DNA of 64,000 nt, taken from assembly GCA_029245795.1 (NCBI GenBank), contig JAQWOP010000001.1:16301-80300 (forward strand). Direction: 5' to 3'. The stretch comes from Hyphomicrobiales bacterium. GTDB taxonomy: Bacteria; Pseudomonadota; Alphaproteobacteria; Rhizobiales; TMED25. The position numbers and the translations under genes were made by a program. Position 1 is the stretch's first letter, and each line of letters starts with the position of its first letter. The notes under the pieces are model-generated. The model made no database searches. It was not told where the DNA came from and saw only the letters and a list, made by a program, of their open reading frames with translations. Of this stretch, positions 19,454 through 30,866 are shown piece by piece.

Positions 19454-20827
19454 ATGAGTTTTAACAAAATGTCTAAGGTTCATATTATTGGAGGAGGTTT
19501 AGCAGGTTGTGAAGCTGCTTGGCAGTTAGCAAACAGAGATATTTTGGTAAATCTATATGAAATGAGACCAAAAATAAGCACCCCCGCTCACCAAACTTCA
19601 AATTTAGCTGAGTTAGTATGCTCAAACTCATTTAGATCCGATGAAGTTAAAGCAAATGCAGTAGGAATACTTCATGAAGAATTGAGAATAAGTAATTCTA
19701 TCATAATGTCCGTTGCTGATAAGTTCAAAGTGCCAGCTGGTTCAGCATTAGCTGTTGATAGAGAATTATTTTCTAATGAAATCACAAAATTAATTTCTTC
19801 TCATCCAAATATAGAAATCATTAATGAAGAAATTACTTCAATTCCTAATAGTTGGGAACATGTTATAATTGCGACTGGTCCATTAACATCAGAAAAATTA
19901 TCTAATTACATGCTTAATAAGAGTAATAATGATTCCTTATATTTCTTTGATGCAATTGCACCAATTGTATATAAAGAATCAATCAATATGTCTGTCGCTT
20001 GGGAACAGTCTCGTTATGATAAGATTGGACCAACTGGATCTGTAAATGATTACATAAATTGTCCGATGACAAAAGATCAATATATTAAATTTGTAAATGA
20101 TTTAATTGAAGCAGATAAAACTATCTTTCATGAATGGGAAAAGGAAACCCCATATTTTGATTCATGTTTGCCAATAGAAATAATTGCAAAAAGTGGAGTT
20201 GAAACTTTAAGACATGGACCCATGAAGCCATTTGGATTAAATAATATCCATAAAGATAAAGAAGAACCTTATGCTGTTGTACAACTAAGACAAGATGATA
20301 TGGCAGGTGTTTTGTATAATATCGTTGGATTTCAAACAAAAATAAAATACTCAACCCAAACAGATATTTTTAGCCAAATCCCCGGTTTAGAAAATGCAAA
20401 ATTTGCTAGATTAGGTGGCATTCATAGGAACACTTATATTAATAGCCCAACCTTATTAAATTATGACCTTAGTTTAATCAATGATAGAAGAATAAAATTT
20501 GCTGGGCAAATTACAGGTGTTGAAGGTTATGTTGAGTCAACTGCAATCGGACTAATGGCTGGTCTATTTATGTTTAATAAAATAAGTAATAAAAAAGATT
20601 ATAAAATTCCCTTAACTACAGCTATTGGGAGTTTATTGAACTATATTACCAGAAAAGATGAAATTAAAAACTTTCAACCAATGAATATAAATTTTGGTTT
20701 ATTTGAAAGCATGGATATAAAGCATATTAGAAAATTGCCAAAAAGAATCCGTGATAAGAAAAAAAAGGAATTATTATCTGAAAGAGCTCTTGAGGACTAT
20801 AGGCATTGGTTCAATTCGTTCGACTAA
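19454..20827 (+). CDS. trmFO: Methylenetetrahydrofolate--tRNA-(uracil-5)-methyltransferase
   Basis: 457 aa. FAD-binding N-terminus HIIGGGLAGCEAAWQLA and Gid/TrmFO family length and motifs (LVCSNSFRS, FAGQITGVEGYVES). Confidence 0.93.
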   Translation: MSFNKMSKVHIIGGGLAGCEAAWQLANRDILVNLYEMRPKISTPAHQTSNLAELVCSNSFRSDEVKANAVGILHEELRISNSIIMSVADKFKVPAGSALAVDRELFSNEITKLISSHPNIEIINEEITSIPNSWEHVIIATGPLTSEKLSNYMLNKSNNDSLYFFDAIAPIVYKESINMSVAWEQSRYDKIGPTGSVNDYINCPMTKDQYIKFVNDLIEADKTIFHEWEKETPYFDSCLPIEIIAKSGVETLRHGPMKPFGLNNIHKDKEEPYAVVQLRQDDMAGVLYNIVGFQTKIKYSTQTDIFSQIPGLENAKFARLGGIHRNTYINSPTLLNYDLSLINDRRIKFAGQITGVEGYVESTAIGLMAGLFMFNKISNKKDYKIPLTTAIGSLLNYITRKDEIKNFQPMNINFGLFESMDIKHIRKLPKRIRDKKKKELLSERALEDYRHWFNSFD

Positions 20828-20835
20828 GATATTTA

Positions 20836-21753
20836 TTATTGTTCTTTTTTTGACCAATCTCTTTTAACATTTAACTTAATTAATACAGGAGATGCTATAA
20901 ATATCGATGAATATGTTCCAATTAGAACACCCCAAATCATTGCAAATGTGAAACCCTTAATAACCTCACCACCGAATAAATATAATGATATTAATGCCAA
21001 TAATGTAGTTATTGATGTCATTAATGTTCTAGATAATGTTAAATTTAATGCCTGATTCACTAATTCAAAGAGAGGCATTTTTTTATATTTCCTTAATTCC
21101 TCTCTTATTCTATCATAAATCACAACTGTATCATTTAATGAATAACCAACTATCGTTAATAAAGCAGCTATTATTGAAAGATTAAACTCAAGCTGTAATA
21201 GTGAAAAAACTCCAATCGTTATAATTATATCATGAACTAAAGCAGCAATAGCCCCAATACTGAACTGCCATTCGAATCTAAACCATATATAGGCTAAAAC
21301 ACAAAAAATAGCTGAAAATACAGCTATTATACCCTTTTTTATAAGCTCAGATGAAACCTTAGGTCCAACAACTTCCACTCTTCTAATATTATAATCATTA
21401 CTAATTGCATCAGATATTGCCGTAATAATTTTTTGCTGTTCACCCTCTTTATTGTTAGGCTGCTCAACCCTTATTAATAAATCTGACTCTTTTCCAAATT
21501 CTTGTAATTGGATATTTCCAAGATCTAGTGTGTTTAACTTTAATCTAACATCAGCGACATCAGCGTTACCAGTAATCTTTTGAACCTCTATCAGTGTTCC
21601 ACCTTTAAAATCTATTCCATAATTCAAACCTCTACTTAGCAAAAGTATGACGGATAGGATTATTAAAAAAATGGAAAGCGTTACTAGAGATTTTGTTCTA
21701 GATAAGAAATTTATATGGGTATCAATTTTAATAAGTTTAATTGGCTTAATCAT
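20836..21753 (-). CDS. secF: Protein translocase subunit SecF
   Basis: 305 aa. GIDFKGGT motif, six TM segments, located directly downstream of secD. Confidence 0.93.
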   Translation of the reverse strand: MIKPIKLIKIDTHINFLSRTKSLVTLSIFLIILSVILLLSRGLNYGIDFKGGTLIEVQKITGNADVADVRLKLNTLDLGNIQLQEFGKESDLLIRVEQPNNKEGEQQKIITAISDAISNDYNIRRVEVVGPKVSSELIKKGIIAVFSAIFCVLAYIWFRFEWQFSIGAIAALVHDIIITIGVFSLLQLEFNLSIIAALLTIVGYSLNDTVVIYDRIREELRKYKKMPLFELVNQALNLTLSRTLMTSITTLLALISLYLFGGEVIKGFTFAMIWGVLIGTYSSIFIASPVLIKLNVKRDWSKKEQ

Positions 21754-21765
21754 TATTAGCTCCTA

Positions 21766-23355
21766 CTAAATATTGATTTCTTTTGGATTAGATTTCTTTA
21801 ACCATCTCGCAACCATAAATCTAGTTAATGTAAAAGCCGTAAAGACAGAAGTAATTATTCCTATAGCAAGTGTAATGGAAAAGCCTTTAATTGGTCCAGA
21901 ACCTAATTGAAAGAGGATAATTGCCGCAATAAAAGTTGTTATATTCGCATCTAAGATTGTTGTTAAAGCTCTTTTATATCCATTATCAATTGCATTAATT
22001 GGAGATTTCTTATTGTTTAGTTCTTCTCGAATTCGCTCAAAAATCAATACATTGGCATCCACTGCCATACCAATTGTTAGTATTATACCAGCAATTCCTG
22101 GTAAAGTTAATGTTGCTTGTAGTAAAGAAAGAATAGAAACTATAAGAGAAAGATTTATTATTAATGAAATATTTGAGTAGATTCCAAATCTACCGTATGA
22201 AATAAACATATATATAAGAACAAATATTAATCCCAAAACAGCAGCTATTTTTCCAGCCTTGATTGAATCTGCGCCCAAGTCTGGACCAACGGTTCTTTCT
22301 TCTAAAATTATTAATGGGGCAGGTAAAGCACCAGCTCTTAATAAGATTGCTAAATCATTAGCCTCTTGAACACTAAAACTTCCAGAGATCATGCCTGAAC
22401 CACCTAATATTGGCTCGTTTATGATTGGGGATGATATAACTTCATTATCAAGAACGATTGCAAATGGTTTTCCAACATTATCTGAGGTTATTTTACCAAA
22501 TTTTCTTGCGCCCTGACCATCGAATCTAAAATTAACAATAGGTTGATTAGTTTGTGAATCAAATCCAGGCTGCGCATCCACAAGGTTATCACCTCCAATT
22601 ATTGATCTTTTCATTACAATATATGGTATGTCACTTTTATCCCTAGAATATAACACCATACTTGAACGATTCATATTATCTATATCCGCTAATGGATCCA
22701 TAAGATGGAATGTCATTTTTGCAGTAGTTCCCAATAATTCTTTTAATCTTTGTGGATCGTCTAAACCAGGAACTTGTATAATAATTCTTGATTTTCCCTG
22801 TCTTTGTATAGATGGTTCTTTTGTCCCAAGCTCATCTATCCTTCTTCTGACAATCTCAATTGATTGATCAACAGATCTTCGTGTCAGTGAATCTATGGCA
22901 GCATCTGTTAAATTTATTGTGTATGTATTTTCTGAAACTTCAAGGATATCTAATTCATTATTAGGCTGACCTGATGAATTAAATCCCATTTCTTGCGATA
23001 ATTCTTCTAATATTGAGAATACATCCTTAATAGATGATGCCTGAGATATGGTAATAGTGATTTCATCATTTCTTTGATCAATTGTTGAGATGTCAATCTT
23101 ATTCTTTCTTAATTCGAGCCTCAAATCATTATAAATATTATCCATTCTTTCAATAGCCAAGACAGATGCATCAACTTCAATTAGAAGATGGGATCCCCCT
23201 CTCAGATCCAGACCAAGGTTAATTTGTTTTTTAGGTAATATATTTGGTAATGAATCTATTATTTCTTGAGATAGTATATTTGGCAAAGCGAAGATAATAC
23301 CAAAAAAAGATATTATCATTATTGTAAAAGATTTGAATTTAGAAAAATATAGCAT
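21766..23355 (-). CDS. secD: Protein translocase subunit SecD
   Basis: 529 aa. LGLDLRGGSHL motif, a large periplasmic domain and a C-terminal RND-like TM bundle (GMAVDANVLIFERIREE). Confidence 0.95.
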   Translation of the reverse strand: MLYFSKFKSFTIMIISFFGIIFALPNILSQEIIDSLPNILPKKQINLGLDLRGGSHLLIEVDASVLAIERMDNIYNDLRLELRKNKIDISTIDQRNDEITITISQASSIKDVFSILEELSQEMGFNSSGQPNNELDILEVSENTYTINLTDAAIDSLTRRSVDQSIEIVRRRIDELGTKEPSIQRQGKSRIIIQVPGLDDPQRLKELLGTTAKMTFHLMDPLADIDNMNRSSMVLYSRDKSDIPYIVMKRSIIGGDNLVDAQPGFDSQTNQPIVNFRFDGQGARKFGKITSDNVGKPFAIVLDNEVISSPIINEPILGGSGMISGSFSVQEANDLAILLRAGALPAPLIILEERTVGPDLGADSIKAGKIAAVLGLIFVLIYMFISYGRFGIYSNISLIINLSLIVSILSLLQATLTLPGIAGIILTIGMAVDANVLIFERIREELNNKKSPINAIDNGYKRALTTILDANITTFIAAIILFQLGSGPIKGFSITLAIGIITSVFTAFTLTRFMVARWLKKSNPKEINI

Positions 23356-23377
23356 TAAGAATTCCGTGATAAAATTT

Positions 23378-23677
23378 TTATTTTTTTAAATCTGATATCA
23401 TACCTCTGATAACTTTTACTTTAACATTATCAGCTATTTCAACTTCTATCTCATGATCATTAGTAACTTTAGAAATCTTACCTACTAAACCACCTTGAGT
23501 TATAATTGAATCGCCTTTTCTTAAATTATCAATCATTTCCTTATGAGCTTTAACTCTTTTTTGCTGAGGTCTGAGAATTAAAAAATATATTATAAAGAAA
23601 ATAAGAATGAAAGGTAGTAACTGGAGAAAAATATCTCCTCCACCAGGCTGTGATGCAGCATATGCTTGAGTAATCAT
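23378..23677 (-). CDS. yajC: Preprotein translocase subunit YajC
   Basis: 99 aa with a single TM. Motif FFIIYFLILRPQQKR...GD.I.T.GG..G.I. Confidence 0.92.
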   Translation of the reverse strand: MITQAYAASQPGGGDIFLQLLPFILIFFIIYFLILRPQQKRVKAHKEMIDNLRKGDSIITQGGLVGKISKVTNDHEIEVEIADNVKVKVIRGMISDLKK

Positions 23678-23806
23678 GATTAATTCACCGTTTCAATAAA
23701 AATTGTTCCACTAAGTAGATAGAAAAATATATTTCCAATTAGCTTTTATATAATATATATAGGTTAATACAAAATTATTAAATGATAAATTTTACTCTGT
23801 TTAAAA

Positions 23807-24673
23807 ATGACTAATAATAATGATAAACTTATAGCTGAAATTTCTAAGATTAGACAAATCTTAGAAAAAATTTATATTGCTGAAAAGCCCAACACAGACT
23901 GGAATGCCGCAAATGCATACATGTGGCTTTCAGAAATTAAATCTTTTAAAGCAATTCAGACAGTGAATGCTATTCCCTTAGAACTTCTAAAAGGAATTGA
24001 TCAGAATATAACTTCTCTTTATGAAAATACTGAGAGGTTTTCAAAATCTTTACCTGCAAACAACGCTCTTCTATGGGGTGCAAGAGGTATGGGTAAAAGT
24101 TCATTAATTAAGGGCGTACATTCAAAATTATCTAAAATATCAGATACTAAACTAATATTAATAGAAATTCATAGAGAAGACATAAAAGATTTACCAGAAA
24201 TTCTTTATGCACTTAAAAAACAGAACCAAATTAACTTTATCGTTTTCTGTGATGATTTATCCTTCGATAATGAGGATACAACTTACAAATCTTTAAAGAC
24301 CGCTTTAGAGGGTGGGATTGAAGGCAGGCCATCCAACGTTGTATTTTATGCAACATCTAATAGACGGCACCTAATGGCACGTGAAATGATTGACAATGAG
24401 ACATCTACTGCAATTAATCCCTCTGAAGCAATTGAAGAAAAAGTATCCTTATCAGATAGATTTGGTTTATGGATTGGATTTCATAATTGTTCACAAGATC
24501 ATTACTTGTCAATGATTAATGCTTATGCAAAATATTTCAAAATAAATATTGAAAATGATGATTTGAAAGAAAAAGCAATATCATGGGCAGCTGGACGTGG
24601 TTCAAGATCTGGAAGAGTTGCTTGGCAATTCATTACAGACCTAGCAGCCAAAAATGGAATAAATATAACTTAA
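23807..24673 (+). CDS. DUF815-type P-loop ATPase
   Basis: 288 aa. Walker A LLWGARGMGKSSL and Walker B-like FIVFCDDLSF. It is divergent from yajC-secDF, as in many Alphaproteobacteria. Confidence 0.8.
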   Translation: MTNNNDKLIAEISKIRQILEKIYIAEKPNTDWNAANAYMWLSEIKSFKAIQTVNAIPLELLKGIDQNITSLYENTERFSKSLPANNALLWGARGMGKSSLIKGVHSKLSKISDTKLILIEIHREDIKDLPEILYALKKQNQINFIVFCDDLSFDNEDTTYKSLKTALEGGIEGRPSNVVFYATSNRRHLMAREMIDNETSTAINPSEAIEEKVSLSDRFGLWIGFHNCSQDHYLSMINAYAKYFKINIENDDLKEKAISWAAGRGSRSGRVAWQFITDLAAKNGINIT

Positions 24674-25695
24674 TCAAGGAAATCCAGTGGGTTTTGAACA
24701 ATAGTACCTCTTCGCATCTCAAAATATAATTGGGGGCTATTTATTATACCCGTCATACCAACATCACCAATGATCTGTCCTTTTTTAATTTTATCTCCAA
24801 TAATAACATTAACATCACCCATATGTGCATAAGATGAAACCCAGTTATTTGGATGTTTAACAATTATAATATTTCCAAAATATTCTTCCTTACCAACAAA
24901 GGTTACTACTCCACTTTCAGAAACGCTTACATCAGAGCCAGCCGGTGCACTAATATAAATACCATTATTTATTCTATTATAAACTTCATCACCAAAATTA
25001 TTAAGAACTCTTCCGTAAATTGGCCATCTAAATTGTGGCTCTTTTATTATAGCTTCTTCTTTTTTAATCTCATTTATATTCAATATAGGCTTAATATTAT
25101 TAATTTCATCTTTAGCTAAACTATCGATATTACTTGAATTATTTTTTTCTTTTAATTTAATTGATTGTCCAATTTTAATTAATTGAGGGTTATCAATATT
25201 ATTTATTCTTATTAGAATATTTGCATCCACATCAAACCTATTAGATATAGAAGAGATCGTATCCCCCGCCTCAACTATATAAACATCAATATTATTTTTT
25301 CTTTGAGATGACATGCTATCTTTATCAAAATAATTTGATTGATTATATGAGCCCAAATTATTGGAATTATTTCCAATATATATACTCATCCCTTTTTTCA
25401 ACTCATAGGGGAATTTAAGAGAATTAAAATATGCAATATCTTCTATACTAACATTAGTCTTTTCGGATATTAATTCAATGGTATCACCTTCATTTACAGT
25501 CCATTGTCCAGAGGGATTAATAGAATTATTTCCTAGATTTGATTCATTTTCATTAGTGATTTTCTGATTTCTATTTTCTTTTAGATCCACAATACTTGTA
25601 AATCTATTCATATTTGAACTGCATGAAGTTAAAAATATCGGGATAATAATAAATAAAATAAATATATGTTGTAATTTTTTTTTTAAGGTAAACAT
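24670..25695 (-). CDS. LysM-domain / M23-peptidase-family lipoprotein (NlpD-like)
   Basis: Lipobox FLTSCS. Two LysM-like repeats (VNEGDTIELISEK..., VEAGDTISSISNRF...) and a C-terminal M23 domain (GIYISAPAGSDV, VSSYAHMGDV, GMTGIINSPQLYFEMR). Confidence 0.85.
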   Translation of the reverse strand: MFTLKKKLQHIFILFIIIPIFLTSCSSNMNRFTSIVDLKENRNQKITNENESNLGNNSINPSGQWTVNEGDTIELISEKTNVSIEDIAYFNSLKFPYELKKGMSIYIGNNSNNLGSYNQSNYFDKDSMSSQRKNNIDVYIVEAGDTISSISNRFDVDANILIRINNIDNPQLIKIGQSIKLKEKNNSSNIDSLAKDEINNIKPILNINEIKKEEAIIKEPQFRWPIYGRVLNNFGDEVYNRINNGIYISAPAGSDVSVSESGVVTFVGKEEYFGNIIIVKHPNNWVSSYAHMGDVNVIIGDKIKKGQIIGDVGMTGIINSPQLYFEMRRGTIVQNPLDFLD

Positions 25696-25791
25696 CAGAA
25701 ATTATAATAAAAATAAACTAAATATTATAATAAAAAAAATTAGTTAATATTATATTTCTATTAGATAGATTTAAAAGAAGGTAACCGTCTA

Positions 25792-26550
25792 TCATATTTT
25801 TTGTTTTGCTATAAATTCCATATCGGTACGATTAGCACTGACTGGTGTTATTGAGATCTTTCCGTCATATATACAAGCTAGATCTGTTTCTGGCTCAACA
25901 CCTCCCATTGCTCTTTTAAACCCAATCCAATAATACTTTTGGCCTCTTGGATCAATTCTTTCTTCCATTATATGGGCTGGGACATCTCTTTTGCCTTGGC
26001 AAGTAAAATAAGAAGGTAAGTCTTTTTCAAATACATCTGGAAAATTTACATTAAGAACAACATTATTACTATAATCCAACTCAATAAGTTTATTTAACAT
26101 TCTTGATAGATTTTTTTCTGATGCATCAAAAGCATTCTTACCTTCGTTATGAATATTAAAGACCTGACTAAAGGCAATAGATTTGATATTGTGTATAGCA
26201 CCCTCCATAGCCGCACCAATTGTTCCTGAATAATTTATATCATCAGCTAAGTTTTGTCCTCTATTAACACCAGATAAAATAAGATCTGGTTTATCATCTT
26301 TCATTAACTGCTTAATCGCTAACATAACGCAATCAGTTGGTGTGCCAGATATCGAATAAACATTTTCATCCAGCTGTCTTAATCGAATTATATCAGAAAG
26401 TGACATTGCTTGAGAACGACCACTCTGCTCTCTTTCTGGAGCTATAATAGTAATATCATTTGAAAATTCCCTAGCTACTTTATTTAGAAGCTTAATACCG
26501 GGTGCATTAATACCATCATCATTTGTTATGAGAATTTTTAAATCTTTCAT
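25792..26550 (-). CDS. surE: 5'/3'-nucleotidase SurE
   Basis: 252 aa. N-terminal ILITNDDGINAPGI and SGVNRG motifs. Confidence 0.93.
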   Translation of the reverse strand: MKDLKILITNDDGINAPGIKLLNKVAREFSNDITIIAPEREQSGRSQAMSLSDIIRLRQLDENVYSISGTPTDCVMLAIKQLMKDDKPDLILSGVNRGQNLADDINYSGTIGAAMEGAIHNIKSIAFSQVFNIHNEGKNAFDASEKNLSRMLNKLIELDYSNNVVLNVNFPDVFEKDLPSYFTCQGKRDVPAHIMEERIDPRGQKYYWIGFKRAMGGVEPETDLACIYDGKISITPVSANRTDMEFIAKQKI

Positions 26551-26562
26551 TTCAAAGCCTAT

Positions 26563-27864
26563 TCAAAGTTTTATTAAATTAATATTATTCATATATTTCT
26601 TTAAGACATCTGGAACAACAATTCCCTCATGTGTTTGATAATTTTCTAAGACAGCAATCATAGCTCTTCCAACCGCAACACCAGAGCCATTAAGAGTGTG
26701 TAGGTACCTAATGTCTTTTTGATTAAATTTATATCTTGCCATCATTCGTCTGGCTTGAAAATCCCCACAATTTGATATACTTGATATTTCTCTATAAGAA
26801 TTTTGACCCGGCAACCACACTTCCAAATCATATGTTTTTCTTGCTGAAAAACCCATATCACCAGTGGAAAGAACCATAACCCTGTATGGTAAATCTAGTT
26901 TTTTTAGTATATTTTCGGCACATGTTAACATTCTTTCGTGTTCTTGGGATGACATCTCAGGTTCAGTAATAGACACCATTTCTACTTTTTGAAATTGATG
27001 TTGTCTAATCATACCACGCGTATCCCTTCCAGCTGCCCCAGCTTCAGCGCGAAAACATGGAGTTAAAGCAACATACCTTAATGGTAATTCCTTCTTCTCA
27101 GTTATTCTCTCTCTAACTATATTAGTTAATGAAACTTCCGCTGTTGGAATCAACCATTTCCTGTTTTTAATATTAGTTTTTTCATGATGATGAACGATAA
27201 CCTGAAATTGATCTTCTTCAAATTTTGGTAATTGTGCAGTGCCAAGCATAGAGTTGTTATTCACAATAATTGGAGGAGAAATTTCAATAAGTCCATTATC
27301 AATTATGTGAGTATCTAACATAAATTGGCCAAGTGCTCTTTCTAACATAGCAATTTGACCTTTCAAAAAAACAAATCGAGAGCCTGATACCTTAGCCGCA
27401 GTCTCAAAGTCCATCAATGAATCAATCCCACTTAATTCAAAATGTTGCTTTGTAAATTTGTTTTCTGGAATTTTAAAACGATGATCTTCTAATTCAATAT
27501 TAAACTTTTCATCCTCACCTATTGGGACATCTTCCTCTGGAAGATTAGGCAACGTTAATAATATATTTTTCAGTTCTTGGTCTATTTCTAGAATCTGATT
27601 ATTTATAATAACAATATTTTCTTTTAGGTTATGAACTTTATTGATTATATCAGTGACATCAGAATCTGGACTCTCAGATTTTTTTATTCCTATTTCATCT
27701 GATAAAAGACGTCGTTCATTCTGCAAATCCTGAATATGAGTAGTTAACTTTCTTTTCTCCTTATCCAGCTTTAAGATATTATCACTAACAGGCCCAATAC
27801 CTCTTTTTAATATTTCTTCATCAAATTTTGACGGATTTTCTCTAATTCTTTGAATATCATGCAT
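26563..27864 (-). CDS. serS: Serine--tRNA ligase
   Basis: 433 aa. N-terminal coiled-coil arm and class II motifs (FRAEAGAAGRDTRGMIRQHQF, GSGVAVGR). Confidence 0.95.
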   Translation of the reverse strand: MHDIQRIRENPSKFDEEILKRGIGPVSDNILKLDKEKRKLTTHIQDLQNERRLLSDEIGIKKSESPDSDVTDIINKVHNLKENIVIINNQILEIDQELKNILLTLPNLPEEDVPIGEDEKFNIELEDHRFKIPENKFTKQHFELSGIDSLMDFETAAKVSGSRFVFLKGQIAMLERALGQFMLDTHIIDNGLIEISPPIIVNNNSMLGTAQLPKFEEDQFQVIVHHHEKTNIKNRKWLIPTAEVSLTNIVRERITEKKELPLRYVALTPCFRAEAGAAGRDTRGMIRQHQFQKVEMVSITEPEMSSQEHERMLTCAENILKKLDLPYRVMVLSTGDMGFSARKTYDLEVWLPGQNSYREISSISNCGDFQARRMMARYKFNQKDIRYLHTLNGSGVAVGRAMIAVLENYQTHEGIVVPDVLKKYMNNINLIKL

Positions 27865-27875
27865 TTAATTAAAAC

Positions 27876-29507
27876 CTATACTAATCTACTTTTTTCTAGA
27901 GCTGCCAATATATATGAAATAAATATAGGGTGCGGGTGAAACGGTCTAGACTTTAATTCAGGATGAAATTGAACCCCTACAAACCATGGATGGCCTTCGA
28001 GTTCAATTATTTCAGGTAATTTTCCATCAGGTGAAATTCCTGAAAAGACAACCCCTACTTTCTCTAATTGTTCCTTATATTTTATGTTAACTTCCCATCT
28101 ATGTCTATGCCGTTCACTTATAATATTTTTATTGTAGATCTTGTGTGCTCTCGTACCTTTTTTAAGGATGGCTTCATAAGCACCAAGTCTCATCGTTCCG
28201 CCAAGATTTGTATTTACATCTCTTTTCTCAATTTCTTGACCTTTTTTCCATTCGGTCATTAAGTCCACCACAGGTTCACTTGTGTCGCCAAATTCTGTTG
28301 TATTCGCTTGTTTTAATTTTAATAAGTTCTGAGAAAGTTCGACGATAGCCATTTGCATACCAAAACAAATACCAAGAAGTGGAATTTTTCTCTCTCTTGC
28401 AAATCTTATAGCATTAATTTTACCTTTACTTCCCCTTTTCCCAAAACCGCCTGGAATTAAAATTGCATCTGTTTTATTAAGGTAATTTATCGGATCTGAA
28501 TTCTCTAATAATTCAGAATCTAACCATTCAACATTCACCTTAACCTTATTTATAAGACCACCGTGGTAGATTGCTTCATCAAGTGATTTATAGGCATCTT
28601 TAAGTTGAATGTACTTACCAACTATTGTAATATTTACGGTATCCTCTAAGGAACTTGAGTTCAGAGATATTTGATCCCATTTTTCAAAATTGGGTTTTGA
28701 TTTATCATCATATATATTAAATATTTTTAATACTTCTTTATCCAAACCATTATTATGCAGATGCATAGGAACATCGTATATATTTCCAACATCAACAGCT
28801 GGGATAATTCTTGAAAATGGAACATTACAAAATGAGGATATTTTTTTTCTTTCATCATCAGGAATATCTCTATCACATCTAAGAATAATAATATCTGGCT
28901 GAATACCTATTGAAGTAAGTTCTTTTACCGAATGTTGCGTTGGTTTTGTCTTGAGCTCACCTGCTGCAGCGATAAATGGTAAGAGAGTTAAATGCATAAA
29001 TAAACAACTATTAGATTCAAGTTCATTTCTTAACTGTCTAATAGCTTCAAAAAATGGAAGAGCCTCAATATCACCAACCGTACCACCTATTTCACAAAGT
29101 AAAAAATCAACATCTTCGGTTAAGTTTAATATAAAATCTTTAATTGCATCTGTAACATGAGGTATAACTTGGACTGTACCCCCAAGGTAGTCACCTTTTC
29201 TTTCTTTGGAAATTATATTTTGATATATTTTACCACTAGTAATATTGTCGAACTTAGAAGCCGAAACATCAGTGAACCTCTCGTAATGACCAAGATCAAG
29301 ATCTGTTTCAGCACCGTCATCAGTAACAAAAACCTCTCCGTGTTGAATCGGATTCATTGTACCTGGGTCTACATTAAGGTAGGGATCTAATTTTCTTAAT
29401 TTTACAGTATAACCGTGACTTTGAAGCAGTGCACCGAGAGATGCTGCAGACAAACCCTTACCTAAGGAAGAGACCACACCACCAGTAATGAAAATAAAAC
29501 GTGCCAT
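27876..29507 (-). CDS. pyrG: CTP synthase
   Basis: N-terminus [18 protein letters not shown] (ATG 29507; the track ORF starts 18 nt further upstream). Glutamine amidotransferase motifs GICFGMQ and HRHRWEVN are present. Confidence 0.95.
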   Translation of the reverse strand: MARFIFITGGVVSSLGKGLSAASLGALLQSHGYTVKLRKLDPYLNVDPGTMNPIQHGEVFVTDDGAETDLDLGHYERFTDVSASKFDNITSGKIYQNIISKERKGDYLGGTVQVIPHVTDAIKDFILNLTEDVDFLLCEIGGTVGDIEALPFFEAIRQLRNELESNSCLFMHLTLLPFIAAAGELKTKPTQHSVKELTSIGIQPDIIILRCDRDIPDDERKKISSFCNVPFSRIIPAVDVGNIYDVPMHLHNNGLDKEVLKIFNIYDDKSKPNFEKWDQISLNSSSLEDTVNITIVGKYIQLKDAYKSLDEAIYHGGLINKVKVNVEWLDSELLENSDPINYLNKTDAILIPGGFGKRGSKGKINAIRFARERKIPLLGICFGMQMAIVELSQNLLKLKQANTTEFGDTSEPVVDLMTEWKKGQEIEKRDVNTNLGGTMRLGAYEAILKKGTRAHKIYNKNIISERHRHRWEVNIKYKEQLEKVGVVFSGISPDGKLPEIIELEGHPWFVGVQFHPELKSRPFHPHPIFISYILAALEKSRLV

Positions 29508-29579
29508 GGAATTATAAATTAACAAAAATATTAAAAAAGTAAAATACTAATTTAAACTATCAAATATAAATTTAAAATT

Positions 29580-29921
29580 TTATTCTAAAATAGGAACTGA
29601 TATCGAATTATTAGAAGGATTTTCTGAATTCAAAGTATCATCAATCAAACTTTCAGCAACGGTATCAATAACAGACTTATTATTATACGAATTTATAATT
29701 GATAGACTTAAAGAAGTTGTAAAAAAAATAGTTCCCAAAAGAACAGTAATTTTAACAAGACCACTGGATTTTCCTCTTCCTTTTAGGAAGCCAGATAACC
29801 CACCGCCGCCAGAACCACCGCCGCCAATACCAAGTGCTCCGCCCTCAGATCTTTGAAGGAGAATAACCCCTACAAGAACAACAGCAACAGCAAGATGAAA
29901 TATTAGTATTAAAGAACTCAT
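29580..29921 (-). CDS. secG: Preprotein translocase subunit SecG
   Basis: 113 aa. The first TM is followed by LLQRSEGGALG and a Gly-rich loop, then a second TM. Confidence 0.88.
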   Translation of the reverse strand: MSSLILIFHLAVAVVLVGVILLQRSEGGALGIGGGGSGGGGLSGFLKGRGKSSGLVKITVLLGTIFFTTSLSLSIINSYNNKSVIDTVAESLIDDTLNSENPSNNSISVPILE

Positions 29922-29987
29922 AAATTAACCTCTAAAAGATACTTATTTACTATAGTTTTTGAATATTAACAATCATTAAAATAAAAA

Positions 29988-30743
29988 TCATATCGACTGG
30001 ATAATTTTTATAAATTCATTTGAGTCCAATGAGCCCCCCCCAACAAGAGCACCATTAACATTATTTATTGACAGAATCTCATTTGAATTATTTGAATTTA
30101 CTGACCCACCATATAATAAATTTGGAATTTTATTGTTAAAGATTTTGCCCTTCATTAAGTAATCACTGATATGTTGATGCATTAGCTTGATATCTTGTGA
30201 GGAGGCCGATTCGCCAGACCCTATAGCCCAAATGGGTTCATAAGCAATTATTGTATTATTTACGTTGGCAGTTGTTGGAATAGATTCAAATAATTGTTTA
30301 GAAATAAAATTATAATGCTCCCCCTTCATTCTACACTCATAATCTTCACCAACACAAATTATAGTAATAAGATTATTATTATGACAATTTTCTGATTTCT
30401 TTTTAATAAGACCTGAGGATTCATTCCTACTTTCTCGAATCTCAGAATGTCCTACAATAACAAAAGTACAACCTGCATCTTTTATCATCATTGGTGAAAT
30501 CGATCCCGTGTAAGCCCCCTGCTCTTCATAGTGACAATCCTGAGCTCCAATTCCAAGGTTTGAATTAATAGTAATTCTTTTAAAATCTGAAATTAATGTA
30601 AAGGGTGGAAATATTATTACATTTCCATTTTTTTTATTATTTTTTAGGAAATTAATTAAATTTTTAATTTCTTTTTGGGAATTGATTAATCCATTCATTT
30701 TCCAATTTCCCGCGATAATTGGTACATCTAGATTATATTGCAT
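29988..30743 (-). CDS. tpiA: Triose-phosphate isomerase
   Basis: 251 aa. Motifs: AGNWKMN, IVGHSEIR, AYEPIWAIGSG, YGGSV. Confidence 0.95.
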   Translation of the reverse strand: MQYNLDVPIIAGNWKMNGLINSQKEIKNLINFLKNNKKNGNVIIFPPFTLISDFKRITINSNLGIGAQDCHYEEQGAYTGSISPMMIKDAGCTFVIVGHSEIRESRNESSGLIKKKSENCHNNNLITIICVGEDYECRMKGEHYNFISKQLFESIPTTANVNNTIIAYEPIWAIGSGESASSQDIKLMHQHISDYLMKGKIFNNKIPNLLYGGSVNSNNSNEILSINNVNGALVGGGSLDSNEFIKIIQSI

Positions 30744-30866
30744 TGAGATACCTCAAATTTAATATTTTGTTTAAAAACATACAAAAATAATAATAATAGA
30801 ATTTTTTTACATATTACCTTATATTATCGACATTAACAAACAAGGATTTATGGTGGGTAAAATTAA

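Noticed and set aside
25701-25736. 13-nt direct repeat ATTATAATAAAAA (25701-25713 and 25724-25736) between surE and the NlpD-like gene
   Set aside because: It is a short AT-only repeat in a 96-nt AT-rich spacer. It contains palindromic ATTATAAT and probably just reflects -10-like promoter sequence.
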